From an uncultured Acidobacteriota bacterium (GTDB taxonomy: Bacteria; Acidobacteriota; JAQAZP01): a stretch of 64,000 nt of DNA. How positions within the stretch are numbered: position 1 is the stretch's first letter; every line of letters begins with the position of its first letter. A model generated the notes under the pieces. The model saw only the letters and a program-made list of their open reading frames with translations, did no database searches and was not told the DNA's origin. Shown here in pieces: positions 55,542 through 64,000 of this stretch. The translations under genes and the position numbers were made by a program. The DNA is taken from contig CAWIIB010000009.1 of assembly GCA_963836075.1 (NCBI GenBank), positions 2,400,001-2,464,000 of the forward strand, read 5' to 3'.

Positions 55542-57914
55542 CTACCCTTCCTTGGCGAATTTGCGGGCCAGGTCACTGTCGATGGCGTAGATGCAGACCT
55601 CCCTGGCGCTCTGGTCGGTGTAGCGGTATTTCTCGACCAGGTTGGTGATCAGGAAGGTGACGTCCTCGCGAATCCGCTTGTCGTAGGTTTTGAAGTCGTC
55701 GGTGTGGAAGTCCTTGATCGCCCGGCGGAAATTCTCGTTCTCCAGGAATGGATCGAGGACCTTCTCCTTGAGGTTGTAGACATAGCGCCCGTGGAGGTCC
55801 TTGTAGAGTTTGGTCCGGGTGAGCGGTTTGCCCTCCACCATCACTTCCTGGGTCAGGGTGCGCTGGGTGTATTCACTCTGTGTCTCCTGGCGGAAGGCGG
55901 TGCGCCGCTCGGCGTTCGCCCCGGGGCCGAGGAGTTTGCCCTCCATCCCCTCGAAATACTTCTCGGTGATCTCGATCCGCTCGCCGGTGAAATTCGAGCG
56001 CTCGGTGGTATCCGGCTCGAAGTTCACCGCGAAGATGTAGTTCTGGATATCGCGGGTGATCTGGTCCTCATTGTAGTAGTAGAGCGACTCCTTGACCTCC
56101 TGCAGGATGTTGTAGTCATACATCCGGGTCAGGCAGTCGATGAACCCCTCGGGTATTTCCTCGCTCAGGTTTTTGCGCACCCGGGTGAAGTAGTCGGTCA
56201 GCGTGGACATGTTGATCAGCTTCTCGTCCTTGCAATAGCGGGAATAGAACTGGTTGAAGATGGTGATCGAGTCTCTCCCCGAAAAACCTTTGTGACCCTC
56301 CTTTTCGCCTTCGGCGATCAGTTTGCGCCGGATACCGGCGGTAAACCTCTTCCGGTCGTCGCCGGAAAGCCAGAGCGGGATGTGCCCGGCAAAGATCTGC
56401 ATCTTGAGCAGCAGCATGTTCGAGTCGCAGTAGCGCTGGTATTTCGAAGGGTCGCCGATCCACTCCTTCATGGCTTCCGACTCGGTGTTCATTCGTGAGG
56501 AGAGGATCACCCTGGCGAAATTGTCCAGCACCCGGGGGAGGAAGTTCTCCTCGATGTGCCGGCCGAAGATGGTGCGGTAGATTTCCACTTCGGTGGTTAC
56601 GTCGAGCACGTAGGGGATCTTCAGGTATTCCACGCGGTCGGTGAAGGAGGGGATGTCCTGGATGTTGCTGGTGTCCTCGGGGTTCATCACCGCCAGGAAG
56701 AGGGAGTCCACGTTTTCCTCGATATGCCCCACCTTGTGCACCCCCTCGCTGATCATGTTGTGCAGGCGGATCAATCGCTCCACGTTGTGCGACTTGATGT
56801 CCATCAGGGCGAAGATGCCGTTGTTGGTCTTGGCGAATTCGGAGAAGATGTACTGCACCAGGTTGCTGTCCTGCAGGGTGGCGTTGATCCGCTGCTGCAG
56901 CATCTCGTTGGTCAAAATCTCCCTGCGCATCGACTTGTCGCCGGGATTGTAGACGCTGATCCCCTCTCCCTGCCGGCGGTTGATGTGGTAGGGCCGGGCG
57001 TAAATCAGCTTGAATACCTTCAGCGGGCTGCGCAGCCGGGCCAGCAGGGCGCGGTAGAGCGTGCTGCAGATGGTGCAGGGCTTGTCGGTGAACACCCAGT
57101 CGTATTCCTTCTCGGTGAACAACCGCCACTTGAACTGGTCGTTCTGAAACAGGTCATCAAAGAAGTTGCGCCGCTGCTCCCGGGGAATGACCAGAATCGG
57201 GTTGTCGTGGCTGGGGCAGGGGATGTCGATGTACTCTTCGGTGAACTCGGCCGGGGGTTCGGCTTCGGCGCCGTTGTCCGGGGCTTCCCGGTCGTCCCGC
57301 TCCAGCGGGATGGTCCTGGCGAAGGGGGGCAGCACGGCCGCCGCCGGGGGCAGGCCCAGCACCTTGCGGTCCAGCCGCCAGACGGTCTCGTAGCGCATCC
57401 CCTCCTCGGTATTGGCGTACTCCTCGAATTTGCGCAGCAGGTTGTTGAGAAAGGTGCTCTTGCCGCAGCCGTGAGGCCCCTCGAAGATGTAGATCTTGTT
57501 CTGCTGGGCTCCGGCCCGCAGGGCCTCCACCCGGTTGATCAGCCGGTTGGCGAAAAGGCGGTCGGCGAAGAACGGGTTATCGGCCCCGGTGACGAAGAGG
57601 TCGGTGAAGTCCCAGGGCATGAAGTTGATCGACTCCGGGTCGTCGGGATACTCGTCCTCGCCGCGCTGGACATAGGTCATCACCATGTCGTGGAAAGTCT
57701 GGAACACGTTGCGGATCACCCGTGACGGCTGGTCGGCCAGAATGCGCAGGAAGTCGTCGAACGGCACCGGCGCCTGGCAGTCGCTCTCGCGGGGCGGGAC
57801 ATCCAGGCCCTCCATGGCGCTCTGAATGTTCTGCTCCTCCAGCTTGATGTTCATCCGTTCGATGCTGCTGCGCTTTTTCTTTTTCATCGGTTCGGTCCGA
57901 TCCTTCCTGCTCAC
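55542..57914 (-). CDS. prkA: PrkA/YeaG-like AAA+ serine protein kinase, second copy
   Basis: FFADRLFANR, Walker A GPHGCGKS, PCPSHDNPI, NNGIFALMDIK; start 57914 or 57887. Confidence 0.82.
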   Translation of the reverse strand: MSRKDRTEPMKKKKRSSIERMNIKLEEQNIQSAMEGLDVPPRESDCQAPVPFDDFLRILADQPSRVIRNVFQTFHDMVMTYVQRGEDEYPDDPESINFMPWDFTDLFVTGADNPFFADRLFANRLINRVEALRAGAQQNKIYIFEGPHGCGKSTFLNNLLRKFEEYANTEEGMRYETVWRLDRKVLGLPPAAAVLPPFARTIPLERDDREAPDNGAEAEPPAEFTEEYIDIPCPSHDNPILVIPREQRRNFFDDLFQNDQFKWRLFTEKEYDWVFTDKPCTICSTLYRALLARLRSPLKVFKLIYARPYHINRRQGEGISVYNPGDKSMRREILTNEMLQQRINATLQDSNLVQYIFSEFAKTNNGIFALMDIKSHNVERLIRLHNMISEGVHKVGHIEENVDSLFLAVMNPEDTSNIQDIPSFTDRVEYLKIPYVLDVTTEVEIYRTIFGRHIEENFLPRVLDNFARVILSSRMNTESEAMKEWIGDPSKYQRYCDSNMLLLKMQIFAGHIPLWLSGDDRKRFTAGIRRKLIAEGEKEGHKGFSGRDSITIFNQFYSRYCKDEKLINMSTLTDYFTRVRKNLSEEIPEGFIDCLTRMYDYNILQEVKESLYYYNEDQITRDIQNYIFAVNFEPDTTERSNFTGERIEITEKYFEGMEGKLLGPGANAERRTAFRQETQSEYTQRTLTQEVMVEGKPLTRTKLYKDLHGRYVYNLKEKVLDPFLENENFRRAIKDFHTDDFKTYDKRIREDVTFLITNLVEKYRYTDQSAREVCIYAIDSDLARKFAKEG

Positions 57915-59572
57915 AGCTCCGACCTGGTCAGTTTCCGGTTCTGCATCGTGTAGAGCACCCTCTGCCAGCGGACCTCCGGTTCGTCCTCTTCCTCCCGGGC
58001 CAGCCGCGACAGGCCGGGGAACATCACCTGGGCCTGGCGGCTGGAGGGGTCGGCTTGCACTTCCGCTTCACTGGTCTCCAGCTTCACCGGCCCGCCCCAG
58101 AGATACTCGATCCCCAGCAGGGTGTTGGCGATGAAATCCCGCACCAGCGGTTTTCCCTCGTGGACATGGTTGAGGTAGAGCGTCTTGCCGGTGCACTTGT
58201 CTTGCTCGATGAGGATGTGCGGTGGGTGGTAGAGGGAATCGTTGAGCATTCGGCGGTACTCGCCGGCATCGCGGCTCTTGACGTAGTACTGCCAGACCAT
58301 CCGTTGCCGGTCGAGGCGGCGGCCGGCGACGAAGAGCCGGTTGCGGTCGACGAACTCCTGGTCGACGAAGTTGTGGATCAGCAGGAAGTCGCTGAGGTTC
58401 TCCCGCAGGGCGAAGATGGTCTCCCTCCCGTTGCCCCGGCCGTTGTCGAACCGCTCCCGCTCCCCGGCGTCGAGCAGCCGGCGGTACTCCAGGGAGAGCT
58501 TTCCCCGGTCGGCCTGCTCCTCGATGTACTGGAACAGCTTCATTCCCAGGGCGTAGGGGTTGAGCCCCACCCGCGGCATGGTCACCACCCCGGCGTTGAC
58601 CCGGGCGAAATCCACCTCGTGGCCCCGGATCCGGTCGTCCTGGAGGAAGAGCGTCTCGTGCCAGTAGCTGGCCCAGCCCTCGTTCAATATCTTGGTCCGG
58701 ATCTGCGGCTGGAAGAAGAGCGATGTCTTGCGCACGATCTCCACCACGCCCTTCATCCACTTGTTTTTGCCGTCGCCCAGGAACTCGCTGTGCTCGAGGA
58801 TGAACTGCATCAGGTCCAGCCCGCGCCGGGGCTTGCGCTCCCGGTATGCGCGGAACATCGCCTCGAACTCGGGGTGGCGCTTGCGGACCTCGGCGAAGAA
58901 GCCTCTACCGGCCTTTCTTCCCCCCTCGGCCAGCCACTGGTTGTAGCGCTCCATCTCCTTGACGTATTCGGAGGTCCGTACCTTTTTCTCTTCCTGAAGG
59001 AAGACGTCGAAATAGTAGTCGAGCATCGCCGAGCCGGCGGGCGCCGGCGGCCGGAAACTGCGGGACAGCTCCTCGTGGAATCCGGCCAGGTTGTCGATGC
59101 CCCGGGCAAACTCGACGATGTAGTCCACCCAGCGCCCCTTCAGCGCCCGCAGCCTGGCGATTTCCCTTTTATCCGAGAGGGCCAGCCCGGTGAAGTCGTA
59201 GTCGCGGGTGTTGCGGAAGTAGAGGTTGTTCTGAAAGAAGTCGATGTGGGCCAGAACGTGGTAGAAGATCATCACGTTCAGCCAGTCCGGGTTGTTGTCG
59301 TTGTAGAAAGAGATCGGCGGCCGGGTATTGATCACCGTCTCGTAGGGGTTGCTGGGGTAGAGCTCGTAGCGCCCCTTTTCCCTCAGCACCTCCACGTCGT
59401 GAACCCAGTAGTCGTAGAGGGTGGGGATCATCAGCTTCGGCGTCAGCTCCAGCATGTCCCGGTTGGTGACCACGTACTCCAGTGTTTCGTCCTGGAAGCG
59501 GAGCCCTGCCTCTCGCGCACGTTCCTTGCACCCCTCCATGATGCCCTTGGTGTGCTGGTCGATCAGTTCCAT
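57911..59572 (-). CDS. spoVR: SpoVR family protein
   Basis: YETVINTRP, HVLAHIDFFQNN, FQPQIRTKILNEGWASYWH, NPYALG, LWGGPVKLET. Confidence 0.92.
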   Translation of the reverse strand: MELIDQHTKGIMEGCKERAREAGLRFQDETLEYVVTNRDMLELTPKLMIPTLYDYWVHDVEVLREKGRYELYPSNPYETVINTRPPISFYNDNNPDWLNVMIFYHVLAHIDFFQNNLYFRNTRDYDFTGLALSDKREIARLRALKGRWVDYIVEFARGIDNLAGFHEELSRSFRPPAPAGSAMLDYYFDVFLQEEKKVRTSEYVKEMERYNQWLAEGGRKAGRGFFAEVRKRHPEFEAMFRAYRERKPRRGLDLMQFILEHSEFLGDGKNKWMKGVVEIVRKTSLFFQPQIRTKILNEGWASYWHETLFLQDDRIRGHEVDFARVNAGVVTMPRVGLNPYALGMKLFQYIEEQADRGKLSLEYRRLLDAGERERFDNGRGNGRETIFALRENLSDFLLIHNFVDQEFVDRNRLFVAGRRLDRQRMVWQYYVKSRDAGEYRRMLNDSLYHPPHILIEQDKCTGKTLYLNHVHEGKPLVRDFIANTLLGIEYLWGGPVKLETSEAEVQADPSSRQAQVMFPGLSRLAREEEDEPEVRWQRVLYTMQNRKLTRSEL

Positions 59573-59598
59573 GGCCGGTACCCCTCGGGTTTCCCGCT

Positions 59599-60978
59599 TC
59601 AGGAGATGAGCCGCCGAATGCCCTCGATCAACCTCGGCTCTTCGGCGCTCTCACCCATGGTATCCACCCTCAGCAGGTCCGGTTTCTGTTCGGTGAGCCC
59701 TGACTTGAGGAGATACTTCTCCACTTCGCTCTTCTTCTCCGCTCCTTCCTCGCGCTGGACGATGGTCACCCCCACCCGGTTGGCGTAGGTCAGCATCTTC
59801 TCGATTTCGGGAAGCGCCTCCTGGCCCTCGCCGTCCCAGTCCTCGCCGTCAGTGCCGTGGAAGACGTAGATGTTGTAATCCCGGGCCAGATTTTCCCTCT
59901 CCACCATTTCGTTGACCAGGCGGAAGGCCGAGGCCACCCGGGTTCCGCCGGCCACCCGCGAGTTGTAATAGGTGTGGAAATCATCCACCTCGGTGGCCTC
60001 GGTGTCGTGGAGGATGAACCGCGACTCCACCTGCCGGGCATACTGGTAGAGCAGCCAGCTGTATATCAGCACGTGCTGGGTGACCACCAGTTCGGTGCGC
60101 TTGCCCATCATCGAACCCGAGTAGTCGCGCATGAAGAAGACCATCGCCTGGGACTCGTAGTCCATCTCCCGGGAGAGGATGCGGTAGATCTTGTCGCTGG
60201 GGGCCACCAGGAATCCGGTGGGGTCGATATTGGAGACGTCGGGGATTCGCCCCAGGGCGATGTTGGTCTCCACGATCTCGCGCAGGGTGGCCTTCTTGTC
60301 AAGGATCTGGCCGAAGCCGCGGTGCCTGTCGGTCAGGTCGTAGGTGTAGCGGGTCAGGCTGCGTTTCTTCCCCTTGTCCTTGAGGTTGGGCAGCTCGAAT
60401 TTTTCGGTGAGGATTCGGCCCAGGTCGTAGGCGCTGGACTCCATTTCGTGGGGGCCGCCCTCGCCCTGGCCCGGGCCGGCGCCGCCGGGGGCCTCGCGCA
60501 CCGGCTGTTCGCCGATCACGTCGCCTTCCTCGCCCTCGCCGGACCCGCCGGAGGGCGACTCCTCCTGCCGGGCGGTGACGCGGTCGTGGATCAGCTTCTC
60601 CTCCACCGTGGTGGGAACCACCACCACGTTCTCCCGGCCCCCCTTGCCTGGTTTGACCAGCCGGCCGACGCGGATTTTTTTCGGGAAGCCGTCCTGCTCC
60701 CGCAGCTGGTCCCGCTCCAGCAGATCCTCCAGCGAGCGGAGGCAGGTGTCGGCCGAGGCCTGTGGTGAAGGGAAGTCCTGCAGCAGGGCCGGGTCGTGGT
60801 AGTGGTAGACCGTTTTGTCCGGGCTGATGCCGGCGGGATTTTTGCCGGGTGGGTCGGGGGCGGGGAGCGGGTGGTGGGTGCCCTTGTCCTCCAGCTCCCG
60901 ACGGATCCGGGCCTCGGCCTCCGGGCTCAGCCCGCGGGCCCGCAGCTCCTCGAAATAGGCGTGCCGCCGGTCGCTCAT
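59599..60978 (-). CDS. DUF444 (YeaH/YhbH-like, vWA-like) protein
   Basis: ATG 60978; GEGEEGDVIG, FELPNLKDKG, FFMRDYSGSM, GGTRVASAF, YNIYVFHGTDGEDW. Confidence 0.9.
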   Translation of the reverse strand: MSDRRHAYFEELRARGLSPEAEARIRRELEDKGTHHPLPAPDPPGKNPAGISPDKTVYHYHDPALLQDFPSPQASADTCLRSLEDLLERDQLREQDGFPKKIRVGRLVKPGKGGRENVVVVPTTVEEKLIHDRVTARQEESPSGGSGEGEEGDVIGEQPVREAPGGAGPGQGEGGPHEMESSAYDLGRILTEKFELPNLKDKGKKRSLTRYTYDLTDRHRGFGQILDKKATLREIVETNIALGRIPDVSNIDPTGFLVAPSDKIYRILSREMDYESQAMVFFMRDYSGSMMGKRTELVVTQHVLIYSWLLYQYARQVESRFILHDTEATEVDDFHTYYNSRVAGGTRVASAFRLVNEMVERENLARDYNIYVFHGTDGEDWDGEGQEALPEIEKMLTYANRVGVTIVQREEGAEKKSEVEKYLLKSGLTEQKPDLLRVDTMGESAEEPRLIEGIRRLIS

Positions 60979-61003
60979 CGGTCGGCTCCCGTTGTTCCCC
61001 GGA

Positions 61004-63082
61004 CTAGTTCTCGTCCTCCTGGGTGCAGAAATACTCGATGGTTTTCTGCGCACAGGTGGTGCAATAGCCCAGTTTGTCCAGCATGGTCCTGATCATCCGG
61101 TCGTAGAGTTTCTGGTTCTCCTCGTTGGTCCGGTTGGCCAGGGCGCCGATCAGGCTGCCCGCCCCGGCGATGTCCGACTTCAGCCGCACGTCGGTCACCG
61201 CCTTGACCAGCTCCAGGTTGTCCATGAAGTCGTAGTTCGGATCCACCGAGATCTTCTGGCCGTAGATCTTGCGGATCGAGGTGCGGAAGGTCTCCCGCGT
61301 CTCCTCGGTCTTCAGCCCCATCCGCTCCTCCACGCTGTTGATGAACCGCCCGTCCACCTTCAGCGCCTTCAGTTCGCCGGTCTGGGGATCCTTGTATTTC
61401 CATATCTTGTCCGGGCCGAGGTTTTCGGCGTCCACGCCGATGATCATGTTGACGTAGTTCATCACGTCCTTGCGGATGGCGTACGGCTCGTCCATGTAGG
61501 CGTTGAACATCTCGGTCATGATCCGTTCGCGGTAGAGCCCGCGGGCCGTCTTCAGGTCCTCGAGGTACTTGGCCCGGTTGTTGGCGTCCACCACGTAGTC
61601 GAGGGTCACCCGCTCCAGGGCGCCGAAGATATCGAAGGCGAACATGCAGCGGCCCTCGTTGGTCTCCGATGAGGCCAGCAGCAGCTGGATCGCCCGGCCG
61701 AGGTTCCGCTGACCCATGCCGGTCTGGCCGAAACGGCGGGTGATGTCCGGGTCCTGGTTGAGAATGTCCACCACCTCGGCCAGGGTCTTGATGCTCTTTT
61801 CCCCGGCCACCTCGCCGGCGGCCAGTTTCATCATCTCGATCGGGGTTAGCTTTTCCGCCCGCTGCAGGCGGGTGAGCACCGCCGCCACCGAGGCGGCGTA
61901 GTTGAGGTTGGGGTCCTGGTGCAGCTCTTCACTGCTCAGGGTGGTCTTTGCCTCACTGCCGATGGCGTAGCCGGTGAGGTCCTCCTGCAGCCGGTAGTTG
62001 GTATTGTGTGAGACGTAGCAGATCCGGCAGCGGTCGACGATGGGCGCCTCCTCCTTCTCGGCCAGGAAACGATTGAACTCCGAGTTGTTGCTGGTGGCGA
62101 TGATCAGCGTGTCGATGGGCCACTTGAAACCGTCGATCTCGATGTTGCGGTTCTGGATCACGCCGAGGTAGACCTGTACCAGGTCCTTCTTGTTCTTGAA
62201 GATCTCGTCGCTGAAGTGGATCCCGGCGCCGGCCACCCGGGCCAGGGCGCCCCGCCGCAGATCGAAACGGTAGGGGTTGTTGGTGTCGGTGATGTGCAGC
62301 AGCCGCTGGATCGATTCCTCGCCCAGCAGATCCACTGCCGAGGAAGTGATCTTGTCCTTGGCCGGATACTTGCCGGTGATCGTTCCCAGGCTTTCGGTGA
62401 GCGGCACCGGGACGATCTCAACATGGGAGAGCATCCGCTCCAGGTCCCCGTCGGTGGCGGTGCGCAGGTCGTTCCAGATATACCCGCTGCAGGCGCCCAG
62501 GGGGCGGTAGTTCTCGAAGGCCTGCTCCACGTGCTCGTCGCTCCACCCGTGGGCCGCGGCCAGATGTTCCCGGCTCTCGTCCCGGGTGTCGAAGAGGTTC
62601 ATCGCCAGGATCATCGGGTCCTCGTAGGTCTGGGACTCGATGGTGGTGATCCGGCCATAGCTGCCCAGGCGGTCAAGGCCGGTGAAGCGGAAGGTGAACT
62701 TGCGGTTCTGTTCCTGCCGCAGGAATTCGCGGTAGCAGGTGCAGAGATAGTCGACGAAGAACGTCTTGCCGTTGCCCGGCTCGCCCACCAGCACGAAGGC
62801 CATCTCCTTGGAGGAGCCTCCCTCGGCCGCGTCCTTGACGAAGGAGACGAAACTGTTGATCTCCTCGTAGAGGCCGATGAGATGTTTATCCCCGGCTCTG
62901 AAAATGTTGAAGTCGTAAGTGGTCTTCCCGTTGACCACCACCTTGCGCAGTTCACGCTCGAGGATCATGCGGGTCACACCCTGGAAAGCGTTCTCGAAGC
63001 GCAGACGGCCCTCTTTCACCGCCGCGAGATGGTCGCCCAGCGAACCGGTATTCGAATCCACGGTCTTTTTAGTGCCAGCCAT
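61004..63082 (-). CDS. prkA: PrkA/YeaG family AAA+ serine protein kinase
   Basis: GGAGGT RBS, ATG 63082; Walker A GEPGNGKT, FSDEIFK, IIATSNNSE, DRC, LGYCTTCAQKTIEY. Confidence 0.88.
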   Translation of the reverse strand: MAGTKKTVDSNTGSLGDHLAAVKEGRLRFENAFQGVTRMILERELRKVVVNGKTTYDFNIFRAGDKHLIGLYEEINSFVSFVKDAAEGGSSKEMAFVLVGEPGNGKTFFVDYLCTCYREFLRQEQNRKFTFRFTGLDRLGSYGRITTIESQTYEDPMILAMNLFDTRDESREHLAAAHGWSDEHVEQAFENYRPLGACSGYIWNDLRTATDGDLERMLSHVEIVPVPLTESLGTITGKYPAKDKITSSAVDLLGEESIQRLLHITDTNNPYRFDLRRGALARVAGAGIHFSDEIFKNKKDLVQVYLGVIQNRNIEIDGFKWPIDTLIIATSNNSEFNRFLAEKEEAPIVDRCRICYVSHNTNYRLQEDLTGYAIGSEAKTTLSSEELHQDPNLNYAASVAAVLTRLQRAEKLTPIEMMKLAAGEVAGEKSIKTLAEVVDILNQDPDITRRFGQTGMGQRNLGRAIQLLLASSETNEGRCMFAFDIFGALERVTLDYVVDANNRAKYLEDLKTARGLYRERIMTEMFNAYMDEPYAIRKDVMNYVNMIIGVDAENLGPDKIWKYKDPQTGELKALKVDGRFINSVEERMGLKTEETRETFRTSIRKIYGQKISVDPNYDFMDNLELVKAVTDVRLKSDIAGAGSLIGALANRTNEENQKLYDRMIRTMLDKLGYCTTCAQKTIEYFCTQEDEN

Positions 63083-63322
63083 CTGTTTCACCTCCCGGTT
63101 GACGGTCCCGTTGCGCCCGCTCCCCTCGTTTTCCCCGCTCCGGGCCAGATGCCGGAGATGGTGGTATGTTCACTAATTTTTGTCGTTCTTTGTTTTTTTC
63201 ATCGGCTCATCCGGTCGTCCGGTTGAGCGGTTTTCCGCGCGGTTGACGCCGTCCGGGGCACGGTCCGCATCTGGCGCTATGGTATGAGCCTGTCTGAAGG
63301 AATTATATCATGGAGCGAAGGA

Positions 63323-64000
63323 TCATTCACCGGTCCCGGGGTGGGAGGGGAATCCCGTGGGCTTGAGCCGCAGGATGTGACGGACGTGCAGTTCGGCGGC
63401 TAGCAGGGCTGTCCGTTGCGGGTCCGCCGGCCGGCCGGCGGCAGGGGCTGGGGTCGCTTCCCCGAGGGTCTTTCCGCCGGCCAGCAGCTTGAGCGCCTCG
63501 AAGCCGTCCCGGTCCAGCTCCATCCGTTCACCCTGGTATTCCACCATGGCCTGGCCCGTGGCCGGGTTGCGGGCCACACGGGATCCGGGGGTCTGGACCA
63601 GCCGGTGTTCCGGCCGGAACAGGCGGTGGATGGCAGCGGCAAAGCGGTGGTAGTCGGCCGGGGAGACCGCCCAGGGGTCACGGTGAAAGCTGAGTTTCGA
63701 CGCCAGGTAGAGGTGCAGCGACTCGTCGTGGGGCTGCACCGGCTCCCAGCGCTTGAGCAGCCCGGCGGCATGCTTCACCTCCGGGTAGCCGCCGGCCGGC
63801 AGGTCGATGATCCGCACGCCGAACCGTTCCGGCTGCCGGTAGACGTCACTGGCCGGCTCCAGCCGGAAGGTGTTGGCCAGCAGCCGCTGGGGCAGGCCCC
63901 GCGGGGGAACGCCCTGGTTGGCCAGTGCTTCGTCCACGTCGCGGAAGAAGGACGACTGTTCCATCACGTCCCGGGGCGTCTCCCCCGGGAAATTGACGAT
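63323..64000 (-). CDS. Radical SAM protein, C-terminal part (5' end beyond the window)
   Basis: The frame is open to the window edge: IVNFPGET, FRLEPASDVYRQPERFGV (compare IGYPGQT and FRVEPFTPMFTHAKKFGI in the 46141 gene); C-terminal ELDRDGFEALKLLAGGKTLGE winged-helix-like segment. Confidence 0.7.
   Translation of the reverse strand: MVNFPGETPRDVMEQSSFFRDVDEALANQGVPPRGLPQRLLANTFRLEPASDVYRQPERFGVRIIDLPAGGYPEVKHAAGLLKRWEPVQPHDESLHLYLASKLSFHRDPWAVSPADYHRFAAAIHRLFRPEHRLVQTPGSRVARNPATGQAMVEYQGERMELDRDGFEALKLLAGGKTLGEATPAPAAGRPADPQRTALLAAELHVRHILRLKPTGFPSHPGTGE

Overview
GC-rich bacterial chromosomal window, probably from a metagenome-assembled genome; the lineage cannot be fixed from sequence alone. 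(1) 1-25 kb: the 5' part of glnS, preceded by about 39 short, co-oriented minus-strand genes that are often translationally coupled (FGE-like, LysE, hydrolases, nitroreductase, panE, two serine hydrolases, three DinB, two VOC, HU, rsgA, methyltransferases, prmA-like). Two mini-genes in this run look like larger genes with the middle deleted in frame. (2) 25.2-32.6 kb: an RND efflux operon (adaptor plus two permeases) with many frameshifts that look like a strain-consensus artefact, then parD and a parE that is chimeric with an RND fragment. (3) 33.6-44.9 kb: secreted or surface proteins (FG-GAP propeller, GT-C/beta-helix/FG-GAP fusion, SGNH hydrolase, S8 protease). (4) 45-55.5 kb: B12 radical SAM, ABC exporter, DUF4136 lipoprotein, DHODH-like protein, ypdA, a secreted agmatine/peptidylarginine deiminase and an XRE regulator. 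(5) 55.5-63.1 kb: prkA-DUF444-spoVR-prkA2 operon, then the 3' end of a second radical SAM gene. The strongest signal is an approximately 120-aa C-terminal domain (motif D[VI]TPAPYNQPP[FY]xP[SA]G, ending xAP-stop) shared by three unrelated signal-peptide-bearing proteins, plus a fourth orphan copy of its tail. It is a candidate undescribed protein-sorting or surface-anchoring signal. No rRNA, tRNA, CRISPR array, integrase, transposase or reverse transcriptase was recognised. All family assignments are from motif recognition and recall, not database searches.
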